Under the pieces are notes generated by a model that was given only the letters and a program-made list of their open reading frames with translations, had not been told where the DNA came from and did no database searches. Shown here in pieces: positions 37,996-51,145 of a stretch of DNA of 64,000 nucleotides (positions are counted from its first letter, which is position 1; each line of letters begins with the position of its first letter). The position numbers and the translations under genes are program-made. The stretch is from Octopus sinensis (taxonomy: Eukaryota). The DNA is taken from positions 50,096,001 through 50,160,000 of the forward strand of contig NC_043004.1 of the NCBI RefSeq assembly GCF_006345805.1. Direction: 5' to 3'.

Positions 37996-37999
37996 TGTT

Positions 38000-38200
38000 T
38001 GTGGGCAGTAAAGAAATAGGTATTTCGTCTGCCGCTACGTTCTGAGTTCAAATTCCGCCGAGGTCGACTTTGCCTTTCATCCTTTCGGGGTCGATTAAAT
38101 AAGTACCAGTTACGCACTGGGGTCGATATAATCGACTTAATCCGTTTGCCTGTCCTTGTTTGTCCACTCTATGTTTAGCCCCTTGAGGGCAATAAAGAAT
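38000..38200 (+). mobile_element. SINE family C, 5'-truncated tandem form
   Basis: Tail-head junction GGGCAGTAAAGAAATAGGTATTTCG followed by family C body. Confidence 0.85.
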
Positions 38201-38596
38201 TAAAAAATATAAGAAAATATATAGAGAAGATGTTATACAATGTATATATTAGACATGTATATATATATATCATTATATATATACTATACAGATATATTTA
38301 TACAGATATTTATACACATCAAAATTACACACACAACTCTACTCGCTAGTATATGCACACATGGCGCCTCTATAGAACACACACAATACCTCATATATTA
38401 TTCCATATATATATACTATATAATATCTTGCTATACATACATATAGATATATATATATATATATATATATAAATATAGATATACATAAATAATATATATA
38501 CATATATATATAGGTATATATCTATATGTATACTATATATATGTATATATATATATATATATGGTATATTATATATATATATATATATTTATATAT

Positions 38597-38628
<32 letters not shown>

Positions 38629-38633
38629 ATTAT

Positions 38634-39095
38634 ATATTTAAAAAAAGGAGAGTCGACACGAGTGGTGATATATAAAAAAGGAAATGAAGAAAATGCTGAC
38701 AAATAATTGAAGAAGTAATTTAAGTAATTTAATTAGGTGAAAGTTCTTTTTACGGTTGCGCATTTGTTATGCTTATCAAAATATAAAAGAGAGATTAGAG
38801 TCTGTCTCTTATATGTGAAAAAAAGAGGCTCCAGAGTTGTTTTGGATTTGCTTGGTTTCGCGCCTAAAATTTTGATTGGTCATTATGAAGGGGTCACGTG
38901 AATGTTTGAATGGAAGTTGGTGTTGGGGTAAGAAAAAAGGCTCCAGAGAAGTTAAAATTTGGCTAGTGCCGCCTAAAATTTCTTATTGGCCATAATAAAG
39001 AGGTCACGTGAATGTTTAGAATTTTCGAAAATAGTGTTGTTGAAAATTCTTATTGTTCAGGCTGGTCAGTAGACGTCATGTGGATATTTTAAATA
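38634..39095 (-). repeat. 3' pLTR copy
   Basis: Near-identical to 43109-43570; contains an internal ~120-bp duplication with ATTGG (CCAAT) and CACGTG motifs. Confidence 0.9.
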
Positions 39096-39424
39096 GCTTT
39101 TTAGCGCGTAGTTAGGGAGTGTATTTTCCGCTTGACTGGATAAGTAAGTTCGTTTAGAACAGGGAGAGCTGTATGTATGTATGTGTGTGCGCGCGCGCGC
39201 GTGTGTGTGTGTTTATATGTATGTTGGGGCGCGCGCGCGTGTATATATGTGTATGTGTGTGGGTACAATTTTCAATATTTATAGTTCTGCTGGCCTTGTG
39301 CCTGTATCGGGAAGCAACGTATTTGTGTGAAGTCAATATTTACAGCCATTTCCAAAAAATAGTGTTGGATGTTTTGCACCCGTATTCAATTATGTGTATG
39401 TGTGGAACCATATATTTGTGTGTG

Positions 39425-42400
39425 TCATGGTGTTAATATCGGGTGGGTAAAGGTGTGTGTAGGGTGTGTGTGCAGGTGTAAGTGTGTTTGTTGTGGGTTC
39501 GTGTTAGGGGATGTGTTTAGAAGTGGTCTGTATTTATTAATAAGGTGGGATTCCATGGTTATTCGCTGGGTATGAGTGGCATTGTCTTTAAATTTGTAGA
39601 GGGGAAAGATTCTAAAATTGGGATGGAGTTGTGCGGCACAGGTATCAATATGTGCACTAAATGCTATTTTTCTATATTCCTGTATTTTTATTTGGGATCT
39701 GTGGACAGTCATGCGTTGGCGGAGGCTATTTTTTGTTTGGCCTATGTAGTGTTCATTACAGCCCGAGCAAGTTAAGACATATACTAGGTTTTCTGATGCG
39801 CATGTGAAGTTGTGTTTTACTGTGAAACGTTGTCCTTGTTTAAAAAGGAATTCCGGACCTTCTATTAGGTTGATGCATATACCACAGTTGGGTCTATTGC
39901 ATTTGTTTACTGTGGGTTTAGTTGTTGTGGTTGGCAGTACTTTGGCATTTGTTAGGATGGTTTTCAATGATTTGGGTTGCCTTTTGCTCTTTATGATTTC
40001 GTGTGTGTTAGGAGGATTTGGTTCATTCTATGGTCCTTTTGTAATACAGGAATGTTCTGGAGGATGGTGTCAAAAGCTTCATTGTTGAGGGGGTTGTGTG
40101 TAGAGATGTATGGTAGAGTATGGGGTTTCGATGTAACAGGTTTAGGGCGTCTAAGTTCCTGCGTGCTGAGTTTTAGGGCGCGTTGGATCCCATTGTCAAT
40201 TAGTGACGTGGGGTAATCCCTGCTTGTTAATGTGCCCTTGAGTTCTTGTAGACGTAAGAGACGGGTGTTTTTATTGGAGACTATAGTGCAAATTCTCTTG
40301 GCTAAGTTGTAGGGAATGTTAATTTTAACGTGTCTAGGGTGGCATGAATTGAAAGGGAGGTATTGCTTGGAGTCTGTGGGCTTGTAGTATATGTCTGTTT
40401 CTATTTTTTTTGTGTTGTGAATTTTAATGAGGATGTCGAGGAGGGAATTTGTTGAGGGCTGTATTCCATTGTGAAAATAATGTTTGTGTTGAGCCCATTT
40501 ATAAGAGTGTGAAATTCGTTAAGCTTCTCGACGGTTTCGGGCCAAAGGATGAAGCAGTCATCAAGATATCTCTTCCAGTTCTTCTCTATGTGTGTGTGGA
40601 GAGTGGTGCCAAATTGGTTAAGAACGTTATTATAGAGGGTGATTTCCAGGTATCCCATGACTAAGTTGGCGTAAGTGGGAGCTGTTTTCGTTCCCATTGC
40701 CGTCCCTGATTTCTGTCTGTAGAATTTGTTGTTGAAGGTGAAGAAATTATTCTCTAAGATGAATTTGAGTCCTTCTAAAATAAATTCCTTTTTGATGCGG
40801 TGTGGGAGTTCGTTGGAGTAATTATCCAGCCAGAATTGGATAGCTTCTATTCCTAGGTTGTGGGGGATGTTGGAGTAAAGATTGACTACATCGAATGTTA
40901 CTAGCAGGGTTTGTTCAGCAAGAAGTGTATTGGGGAGGTGGTTGAGCATATCTAGATCGTCCCTTATGTAGCTTTTAATGTGTTTGAGGAACGGCTTGAG
41001 AAGGGTATCAATGAAGTTGCTAAGGCGGTGGGTTTCGCAAGCGGGACCTGCTATTATAGGTCTCAATTTGAGGTCATTTGGTGAGGGGACATTGATTACA
41101 GAGTTGTGGCTTCCTTGCATGCCTTACTTATTAATTCGCTTTTATGAATTTTGGGAATACCGTAGAAGAGGCTGGTTTACTAGTGAAATTTGTGAGTGTG
41201 TTGAAGTTGAATTCTTTGTTAGTGAGTTCTTCTTTGTGGGGGTTGATCAGGGTTTTTAAGTTTCTCATAATTTTCTGTTGATTGTAGTGTTCAGCCTTTT
41301 CGTAATATGTTCCATTTTCCAAGGTGGAGAGTGCTAAGTTGATATAGTATTCTGTCTCCATTAAGACTACTGCACTTCCTTTATCGGCCTCTTTAATGGT
41401 GATAGATCTTTCATTTTTTAATTTGTTTAATTCTTCCCACTCTTTCTTGTTGAGGTTTGGTTTGGGTTTTGGTTTGTGTAAGTGTTGGTAGGGGAAGTTT
41501 GTAATGTGCTCACAGAATTCGTCTAGGATTTTATTTCTACCTTTCGTGGGGTGTAGTTGTAGTTTTATTTCTAGCTAGTGACTCATCCTCATTGTGCTGG
41601 TCGAATAGTTCCTCACTAAGTCGCAATTTTCTACAAAATTCTGTAATGTCTTCCTTCATTTCGTAGTAGTTTGGACGTGGGGGGGGTTGGTGTGAATTTC
41701 AGACCTTTGGAGAGTAAGTTGAGAAGGTTGGGGTTGGGTTCTGTATTGGTTAAATTGATGACTTTAATTAGTTTATGTTTCTCTTCCCTGTCCTGTGTTA
41801 TTTTGTTTGCCTGTATGCTTGTGTCTAAAAAATGGTTGGGGTAGAGGGGTTGTCTGTTGGTGTTAGGGGTCCTGTGTGTTGTTATATTCCTTGTTGTGAA
41901 ATATGGTTCGGGTTCGTGGTTGTGGATAGAATGGGGTGTTCCTGTATTGCGGGTGTTGGTGTGTGTTTCTTTGTGTTGTGATGGATTGTGGTGATATGAG
42001 TGGCCTGCGTGGGTGCTTGTATCGAGTGGTATGGGTTTGTTGTGTATTGTGAGAGTTGAGAAAGTGAAAATTACCTTGTTGTCCCCTCGTGGTGTGGATG
42101 TTGTTGTGTCTATCCTGGTAGTGGATCCTCTTTTATTTGTTAATAAGGTATTCGAGTAGTTGTTGAGTTGTTGTGTATAGCGTCTCCTTGAAGAGGGAAA
42201 TTCGTTAATGTAATTCTGGTGGTGAGAGTTTCCAGGGTTCTTGTTCCTCCTTATGGACGTGGGGTAAGAAGGTACATCTTCAATATGCTGTTTCCTTCTT
42301 TTGTTCAAGGTTGGAGGGTTGGCGGAGTAGTAGTTGTGTGGTTGGGTTCCTGGTTTTCCCATTTTTATGAACGGGTTATTGGAAGAGTAATCCGTTTTGA

Positions 42401-43083
42401 AAGTCGATTCATAGTTTAGGAACCAGGCGGCACTTTTTTCCCACGTTGTAGGGATTTTAGTTCTCTTTGTTGCAGTCATCTTTCCATAACTTGGAGATCT
42501 TCTCTATGTGTAGGCTTTCGGCCTTGTTATTTATTACGAGGAGGATCTCTTCATCGATTGTTTTGACTCTTTCCTCATTTGTTTGGGCCCTTAATTTGAG
42601 AAGTTCAATCTCTGTTTTCAGTCTCTCTAATGCCATTCTTTCCCTAAGTCGTCTTTGAGGTTCAGGTTCATTGGGAATGGCTTTAATTGTATTTTGCGGG
42701 GAAGAGTTAGAGGAGTAGAGTTCATCCATTTTTCGTATATCTCGGCCTTGTTGTTGTTTCTAATCATTTTCCAGAAGGAGAACTTTCTGTCTCTGAGGGA
42801 TTTGTTCCATTCTGGGATTATATGATTTTTCAGTTTGTATGAATCAATTTGACATGGTTCTTCTTTGTTTTTGGCTGGGTTGGTGGTGGTGAAAAAGGTG
42901 TGGATCGTATCACACAGAGTTTGTAGCTTATCGCCGATTTCGGAGGGTTTGTGTCCGGTAATGGTTTCCTCATTAGTAGAGTCCAATTTGTTGACTAGTA
43001 CAGGAGGTTGGTGTTGATGTTTTGAGTTCCTGTAGGATTTCTTCGTTTAAGTTGATTAGGGTGGTTTCAGTTTTTGTAGGCAT
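39425..43083 (-). pseudogene. PLE polyprotein (N-terminal region, RT, Cys linker, GIY-YIG endonuclease), broken by frameshifts
   Basis: IKEADKGSAVV, LRPIIAG, LVTFDVVNLYSNIP, GTAMGTKTAPTYANL, WKRYLDDCF, TDIYYKPTDSKQYL..NSCHP, CNRPNCGIC, NLVYVLTCSGCNEHYIGQT..LRQRMTVH. Confidence 0.92.
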
Positions 43084-43108
43084 TTTCTGTATCTCGTGCG
43101 GGGATATG

Positions 43109-43570
43109 ATATTTAAAAAAGGAGATGTCGAACACGAGTGGTGATATATAAAAAAGGAAATGAAGAAAATGCTGACAAATAATTGAAGTAATTTAAGTAA
43201 TTTAATTAGGTGAAAGTTCTTTTTACCGGTTGCGCATTTGTTATGCTTATCAAAATATAAAAGAGAGATTAGAGTCTGTCTCTATATGTGAAAAAAAGAG
43301 GCTCCAGAGTTGTTTTGGATTTGCTTGGTTTCGCGCCTAAAAATTTGATTGGTCATTATGAAGGGGTCACGTGAATGTTTGAATGGAAGTTGGTGTTGGG
43401 GTAAGAAAAAAGGCTCCAGAGAAGTTAAAATTTGGCTAGTGTCCCGCCTAAAATTTCTTATTGGCCATAATAAAGAGGTCACGTGAATGTTTAGAATTTT
43501 CGAAAATAGTGTTGTTGAAAATTCTTATTGTTCAGGCTGGTCAGTAGACGTCATGTGGATATTTTAAATA
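43109..43570 (-). repeat. 5' pLTR copy
   Basis: Near-identical to 38634-39095. Confidence 0.9.
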
Positions 43571-43571
43571 T

Positions 43572-43612
<41 letters not shown>

Positions 43613-43925
43613 TATTGCGTTATTACGTTTCTTTCTTCTTACCAATTAAGTATTAACACATAAGCACTCACATACACGTTTCTGTGTATTTTAATACAAA
43701 CATACTTTCTCGTTTCTGTTAACCCATTCCTAGTCTCTTGTGTTGGAGGAGATGAAGGAATGCAGATATGAGTAGGTTTCTCTTGGCAGATATGTGGCGT
43801 GAGATAGAAATGATCTGATTATTTCGAGAGACCGACATACAGCTACAGAAATAGGTATACAGAATACAGACTAGCATACATACGTCGGATGCATAGCCTA
43901 TATAAAGTACATACATATCATATAT

Positions 43926-44484
<559 letters not shown>

Positions 44485-44814
44485 AGACTATAAAGGATTG
44501 TGAGCAAGTAAGCTGATAGAATACAAACTGAAAGAAAAGCCGATCCAATTACGGCGTTTTGTGTTGCAGTATTATATAACAACGACAAGCAGATTGTGAA
44601 ACAGTCTAGCAACTAGGTATATACACACCGAAATACATATATTAGTAAAGCAGGCTGTATAATGTTTGCCCTACAGTTGTAATCAGCATCACGAAACCAC
44701 GTTGTTAAATCGCCAAAGAACGCTGTCGCGATACGGGTTCTAGTGACCTTGTGGTAGTCTTATCATATATGAGTGTTTATGAATACACATGTATGCATAC
44801 ATATATATATATAT

Positions 44815-45058
44815 ATAAAATATATGCATATATACATACATATATGTACGTACCTACCTCTACATGTATATATACATGCATATATGGGAACAGGACACCA
44901 AAAAGACGTCAAACACAATGAGAAACGAAAATATAAACACAAAACCAAGGGAATGGACATTTTTTTAAACAACGAAAAAATAGAGTACAGGACATACGAA
45001 CAAGGAAAATTCCCCTTCTTCAGTCGCCATGGTTTCATCTACTCTGAGTTTCGAAGGT
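44815..45058 (-). mobile_element. Family F single arm, flanked by a ~35-bp direct repeat plus (TA)n
   Basis: Colinear with 26806-27040; ATATGAGTGTTTATGAATAC.CATGTATGCATACA at 44767-44801 and 45062-45096. Confidence 0.75.
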
Positions 45059-45095
45059 TATATATGAGTGTTTATGAATACGCATGTATGCATAC

Positions 45096-45129
<34 letters not shown>

Positions 45130-45187
45130 ACATACATATATATATATATATATATATACATATACATACATATATATATATATATAC

Positions 45188-45239
<52 letters not shown>

Positions 45240-45240
<1 letters not shown>

Positions 45241-45605
45241 TAGCAGTATCGCCCGGCGTTGCTCGGGTTTGTAAGGGAAATAACTATAAAGCATTTTTAG
45301 AGAGTTATAGCCAAAAAATGGAAAAAAAATTATGGTAAATTTTTTTTTAGTTAAAAAGGTCGAGTTGCGTCCCCTAGACAGTCTGTGGTTTGTGTTTCTG
45401 ATTCTCGACCCCATGTCGAATTTATCGATTTTTTTCAGAACTGGGGGAACTTTTCAAAATTTTCGCTGCGTTAGTTTTGAATTATGACATTGGGCTATGT
45501 GTGTCAAGTTTCATCAGAATCGGTTGAAAGCCGTGGTCAGGGTGAGGGTACAAGCAAACAGACACACAGAAACACGCACAGACAAACTGCGCCGTTTATA
45601 TATAG

Positions 45606-45606
<1 letters not shown>
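45240..45606 (-). mobile_element. Non-autonomous Helitron sharing only its 3' ~110 bp with 27624-28010
   Basis: Minus strand A|TCTATATATAAA...CCCGAGCAACGCCGGGCGATACTGCTAG|T. Confidence 0.8.
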
Positions 45607-45646
<40 letters not shown>

Positions 45647-45651
45647 CATAT

Positions 45652-45748
<97 letters not shown>

Positions 45749-45992
45749 CAAGCGCAGGCGTGGCTGTGTGGAAATAAGTTTGCTTTCTTTCCTTCCAAAC
45801 CATATGGTTCCGGCTTCAGTCCCACCTTGAGCAAAGGTCTTCTATTATAGCCTCGGGCCAACCAAAGCCCAAAGCCTCTTGATTGAATTTCTAGAGGGAA
45901 ACTGAAAGAAGCCCACCGTATGTGTGTATGTGTGTTCGCGCGTACGCGTACGTATGTATGTGTTAATGCCTGGTTATAATCTTTACTGTTAT

Positions 45993-46195
45993 AGGCACAA
46001 GGCCTGAATTTTGAGGGGAAGGGGCTAATAAATTACGTAGACCCTAGAGCTCGACTGATACTTATTTTATCGACCCCGAAAGGATAAAAGGCAAAGTTGA
46101 CCTCTTCGAAATTTGAACTCAGAACGTAAAGACGGACGATATACCGCTAAGCATTTCGCTCGGCGTGCTAACGATTTTGCCAGCTCACCGCCTTA
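45993..46195 (-). mobile_element. SINE family C, diverged
   Basis: Reverse complement of family C head/core. Confidence 0.75.
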
Positions 46196-46293
46196 AATGT
46201 TTAGTTAAAATAAAAACAATTCACATTAATCTAAGGGTTTCTTCTATACTTTTGCAGCGTCCAAGTTTGTTCTTAAACAAGAATATCGTTGGC

Positions 46294-46335
46294 AGTGACT
46301 TCGAAGTTTCGGCCAGCTAAACCATCGTCGGCACT
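46294..46335 (-). ncRNA. Degenerate hammerhead-like motif
   Basis: Minus: AGT-G-CCGACGA-T-GGTT-tagct-GGCC-GAAA-CTTCGAAG-TC-ACT; palindromic stem III ACTTCGAAGT. Confidence 0.45.
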
Positions 46336-46860
46336 TTAGATCTTCAGCTTAACGTGGTGGCTGTGTTAAAATAGAGTATATTGCCTTATTTGCCTTGAGA
46401 GGATCTCTCATAATGCATAAAATGCACTCTTATTTATATAGCTGACAGAGAACAATCGCCTGCTACAGCCGCTGTAACATCCAGATCAGGTGATTTCATC
46501 CTGCTATGGGTTCCTCAGTGACAGACCTCCCCTAGCACGATAACAACCAAAACTCTCGTTGACGATATATAGAATCCGTGTGTCTATTCAGGCACTGGTG
46601 TCGCAAATAGCCAGTGGTGCTTTTTACGCACCACGAGTCCTTGCGAGAGATTCTCTCGAAGTAGATGACGCAGTATTCTGTATTCTAGCACAACCTCCGC
46701 GTTAAGCTGGCGATCAAGATTACCTCTGAATATTAATACTGCTTTTGTCGTTGGTATATATATATAAAGTTAATCCAAACAAGAAAACACAAAAAAAAAC
46801 ACAACAACGCGAGGACGTGGAACAAATATAGTATTATTGGACGCTCAGGAAAGAAGGAGG

Positions 46861-46895
46861 GTTTGACGTTTCGAGCGGAGCTCTTCGTCAGAAAC
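46861..46895 (-). ncRNA. Minimal type I hammerhead ribozyme in a (TA)n-flanked element (~46766-46990)
   Basis: Minus: GTTT-CTGACGA-A-GAGC-tcc-GCTC-GAAA-CG-TC-AAAC; ACGT palindrome in place of stem III. Confidence 0.75.
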
Positions 46896-47837
46896 ATAGG
46901 AGAAGGAAAGATCCAGAGAAGGGAAGACAGAGGGAAAAAAATCGCCAACGGTACACACGGGGTCACATTTTGAAAGACCGGAAGGGAAATATATATATAC
47001 ATATATATATATATACACCATATATCCTATATATCACATATGTATGTATATATACAGAGAGAGAGAGAAAGAAAAAGTGAAAGAAAGAAAGAACGGGGAA
47101 GGGAGGAAGGGAGATCAGTGTGCGTGTGGCTGTGTATGTACTTGTCTCCAACCACTTGATAATTACTGTTGATGAGTTTACGTCCCTAACTTAGCAGTTC
47201 GGCAAAAGAAACCGATTGGATAGTTTTTAAAAATACAAGTACCACCATATATACATTCATACATACATACATACGTGTGTGTGTGTGTATGTGTGTGTAT
47301 GTGCTTGTGTGTGTGCGCTGGGTTTTTTTTTTATTGCTTTCGACGATGAGGATTCAGTTGTTCGATCAACTGAAGTAGCTGAGTATTCCAGATACATATT
47401 CACCTTTTATCTTTTATTTGTTGCGGTCATTAGACTGCGGCCATGCTGGGGCGCCGCTTCGAAATGTTTTAGTCGGATAAATCAACCCCAGCACTAACCA
47501 CTTGTAATTCTGGTACTTATTTTATTGCACTCTTTTGCCGAACTGTTGCAGTGAGATGGCGACAAAAATGCACGCTCGCGCGCACACACGCCCCCACACA
47601 CACACACACACAACACACGTGAAGCATCCCACCCTGGAAATAGATCTAAAAATGTATTCAAATACATAATTATTGAGAGTAATCGTAAAGGATTTTATAT
47701 GAATATGAAAAATTGCAATCTAATGACGGTGTGTGATGTAGAAATATGTTGTGATGCATAATTAAAGCCTACGAATTTCCATCCTCGTGTTATTATGGTT
47801 AAAATTATACATATTTATTTATTTATTTATTTGTTTA

Positions 47838-48143
47838 TGCGTCCTTTTCAAGCCTAGCCAAGCTCATGGGCCCGGTTTCCCGGTTTCTATGCCGTATGTG
47901 TTCCCCCGAGCTGGACTGGACGTCAGTCCATCGCAGCGTTACTCAAGAAAAAGGAAGAAAGAGTGAGAGAAAGTTGGGGCGAAAGAGTACAACAGGGGGT
48001 CGCCACCCGCCACCCCCCTGCCAGAGCCTCGTGGAGCTTTAGATGCTTTCGCTCAATAAACAAACAAAACGCCCGGTCTGGGAATCGAAACGGTGATCCT
48101 CCGACCGCGAGCCCGCTGCTCTAACCACTGGGCCATTGCGCCT
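47838..48143 (-). mobile_element. SINE family B with tail type 1
   Basis: Head as family B; tail as 7765-7860. Confidence 0.8.
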
Positions 48144-48289
48144 GCATATATATATGTCCCTTCCTCATACAGGTGAGTGTGTGTGTGTGTGTGTGTATAA
48201 AGAATGTAGCTGTGTAAAGCCGGAACAATGCGAGAAGGTACGAAGTAAACTACAAATTGAAAAGAAAACAGTACAAAGTTGTATTTCTG

Positions 48290-48321
48290 GACATATTTCG
48301 GGGTGAAGTCCCCTTCTTCAG
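48290..48321 (-). ncRNA. Hammerhead-like core with weak stem I
   Basis: Minus: CTGAAGA-A-GGGG-acttca-CCCC-GAAA-TATG-TC; flanking stem I does not pair well. Confidence 0.5.
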
Positions 48322-48630
48322 AACATTCGGAAAAGCGGTGGTTGAGAAGCAACACTAGTGTAATAAACACTATCAACCAGATATAATTAACGTATATACT
48401 TCGTGTATGGCGAAACATCAATGTCCATCTCTCGTAGATGAAACTGGGGGTTAAAATATTTCGCCTTTTCCGTGACTCTCAGGTGTTCTGAGAGAGTAGT
48501 CTCTACCATGCCATTGACAGCCTACCGGCAAATACGCGATTCGTATTCGTTAAGTCATAAGATCCGTATTCGTTAAGTGATAATGTCTAATACACACACA
48601 CACATACACACACACACATACACATATATA

Positions 48631-49015
48631 GGCTGTGTGGTAAGTAGCTTGCTTACCAACCACATAGTTCCGGGTTCAATCCCACAGCATGGCACCTTGT
48701 GCAAGTGCCTTCTACTATAGCTTCGGGCCGACCAAAGCCTTGTGAGTGGATTTGGTTGACGGAAACTGAAAGAAGCCCGTCGTATATATTTATATGTATA
48801 TATGTGTGTGTGTGTTTGTGTGTCTGTGTCTGTCCCCCCTCCAATATAACTTGGTGTGTTTACGTCCCCGTAGCTTAACGGTTCGGCAAATGAGAACGAT
48901 AGAATAAGTACTAGGCTTACAAAGAATAAGTCCTGGGGTCGATTTGCTCAAATAAAAGGGTGATGCTCTAGCACAGCCGCAGTCAAATGACTGAAGCAAG
49001 TAAAAGAGTTAAAGA
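48631..49015 (+). mobile_element. SINE family A
   Basis: Colinear with 80-480; a diverged inverted 5' half follows at 49045-49212. Confidence 0.85.
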
Positions 49016-49679
49016 GAAATATGTATGTGGGTATGTATGTATATACGACAAGCTTCCGCGCAGTTTTTGCCAACCAAATTCACTTGTAAGGCGTTGGTCA
49101 GCCCAGAGAGATGGTAGGAGACACTTGCCCAAAGGACCGCGCAGTTTGATTAGATCCGAAACTGTGTTGTTACAAGGCGAGTTTCTGAACCACACAGCCG
49201 TGCCCACGCCCATGTAATTCTCGGATAGAATCACACTGAAGCTGTATCTGTTTGCAATAGATGCGTCAATATAATTTGAATCCAGGTATGGATTTTGCTA
49301 TGAAGTCTTAAAGGAGACAATGAGGATTTTGATTTTGTATGAGATTGGACAAGGTGTGTCTGTTGATTGCAGGATATAAAACTTTCTTCAACTCAAATTG
49401 CTTAGATCAGTGGTTCGCAGCTGGGGTTTGTATGACCCTTGGAAATCTTCATAAGAATTTGTTGTTAAAATTTGGGCAATAAACTGGTTATATTTTTACA
49501 ATTCACAAAATATTTAAAGATTTTTTAATACAATTCCGAACGATATTTAATCATACAAATATAACAGTTTTTAGACATCGAATGACTATGAGGGTCCCTC
49601 CTTTTGAGTAAAATAGGAATCAAAGAGGTCCATTTGCGAAACATTTTAATAGGTATTGTAATGCGTAAAAAAGTATTTT

Positions 49680-50130
49680 TGCTTCTGTATGAATATAGTA
49701 TGAATAAGGCCGACTCCTGGTATGACTACAAAAATACTAGAATGTCATGTTCGTTGATGCTACTCTGGGCGACTAATTAGCACACCTTTTTAGAAAAACA
49801 TTAGATAAGGCCAATCTACGGATTAAAGTAGTAGAAAGGAGTGGTGCTCCAATAAAATCCCCGATCTGTATAACTTATCCCTTCGATAGGTCCCCATGTA
49901 CTGAGAACAACTGTATTGTATGTAGGATGAACCCTCGGATTAACTGCAAGGTTAGGAATATAGTGTGTAGCTTACGATGCACTGAGGGACGGTACAGAAG
50001 CATGACAATTACACTAGAGAGGCAGCACGCAGCATAGGAGACCGTATAGGTGAACTGGTGAGGAGCTCAAAGAAGAGAAAGGCTCGTCAGTGCTCTACCA
50101 ATATGCTCAACCAGAACATAGAGGCTCTGT
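49680..50130 (+). pseudogene. Decayed PLE linker + GIY-YIG fragment (family distinct from 38634-43570)
   Basis: LRIKVVERSGAPIK...YPFDRSPCTENNCIVC...NCKVRNIVCSLRC...YTREAARSIGDRIGE. Confidence 0.6.
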
Positions 50131-50160
50131 CAATATATATATACATATATGTATATATAT

Positions 50161-50596
50161 ATCACCGTGATCACCGTGACCGACCAGGCTATCAGATGTT
50201 GCTACACATCGCTGGTCACAATGCGTTTCAAATTGTTTTAGCCTTTAAATGAGCGAGCAGAAGAAAGAGTGAGAGAAAGTTGCGGCGAAAGAGTACAGCA
50301 GGGATCGCCACCACCACCCTGCCGGAGCCTCGTGGAGCTTTAGGTGTTTTAGCTCAATAAACACTCATAATGCCTAGTCTAGGAATCGAAACCGTGATCC
50401 TATGACCGCGAGTCCGCTGCCCTAACCACTGGGCCATTGCGCCTCCACGTATATATCTAGGAATCGAAACCGTGATCCTATGACCGCGAGTCCGCTGCCC
50501 TAACCACTGGGCCATTGCGCCTCCACGTATATATACGTGGAGGCGCAATGGCCCAGTGGTTAGGGCAGCGGACTCGCGGTCATAGGATCACGGTTT
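50161..50596 (-). mobile_element. SINE family B (tail type 3) with tandem and inverted duplication of its head
   Basis: Main copy 50161-50446; head repeated at ~50456-50524; perfect palindrome 50467-50596. Confidence 0.85.
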
Positions 50597-51066
50597 TACA
50601 TATATATATAAAAGGAAATTAATAAAGACCACAGGAGAATGGAAATTTACTCATCAATATTTTGTTATACTGTTATTACAACATTCTTCCCGTGGACCTA
50701 CGTCTCTGCACTGATATGGGTGCATCTTGGTGTTACTTGTCGGTCAGTCTCATAGTTTCCTTCAGATGATCTTCGAAAGGCAGCAAACAACGGACCCTGC
50801 GGAAGTTGCAGAAGCTGCACCGATAATTAGCACCAAGATGCACATATAACAGTATTCAGCGGATGCAGCCGAAATGTGCGTAGGTTCAATGGAAGAATGC
50901 TGTAATAACTGTATAATAAAATATGGATGTGTAAATCTGCGTTCACCTGATCTTTAATATTTTGATTATTTTCTCTACGGAAACTATGCTGTTCCTAAAA
51001 GGACATTCGGATTTACCAAGCGAGGATAATAACTGAGTCTGGTGGTGGTGGTGGTGGTGGTCGTTA

Positions 51067-51145
<79 letters not shown>

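Larger units (their letters stand above)
38634..43570 (-). mobile_element. Penelope-like retroelement (Neptune-type), near full length, inserted in (TA)n
   Basis: Direct repeats 38634-39095 and 43109-43570 (pLTRs); internal RT + GIY-YIG; (TA)n on both flanks. Confidence 0.92.
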
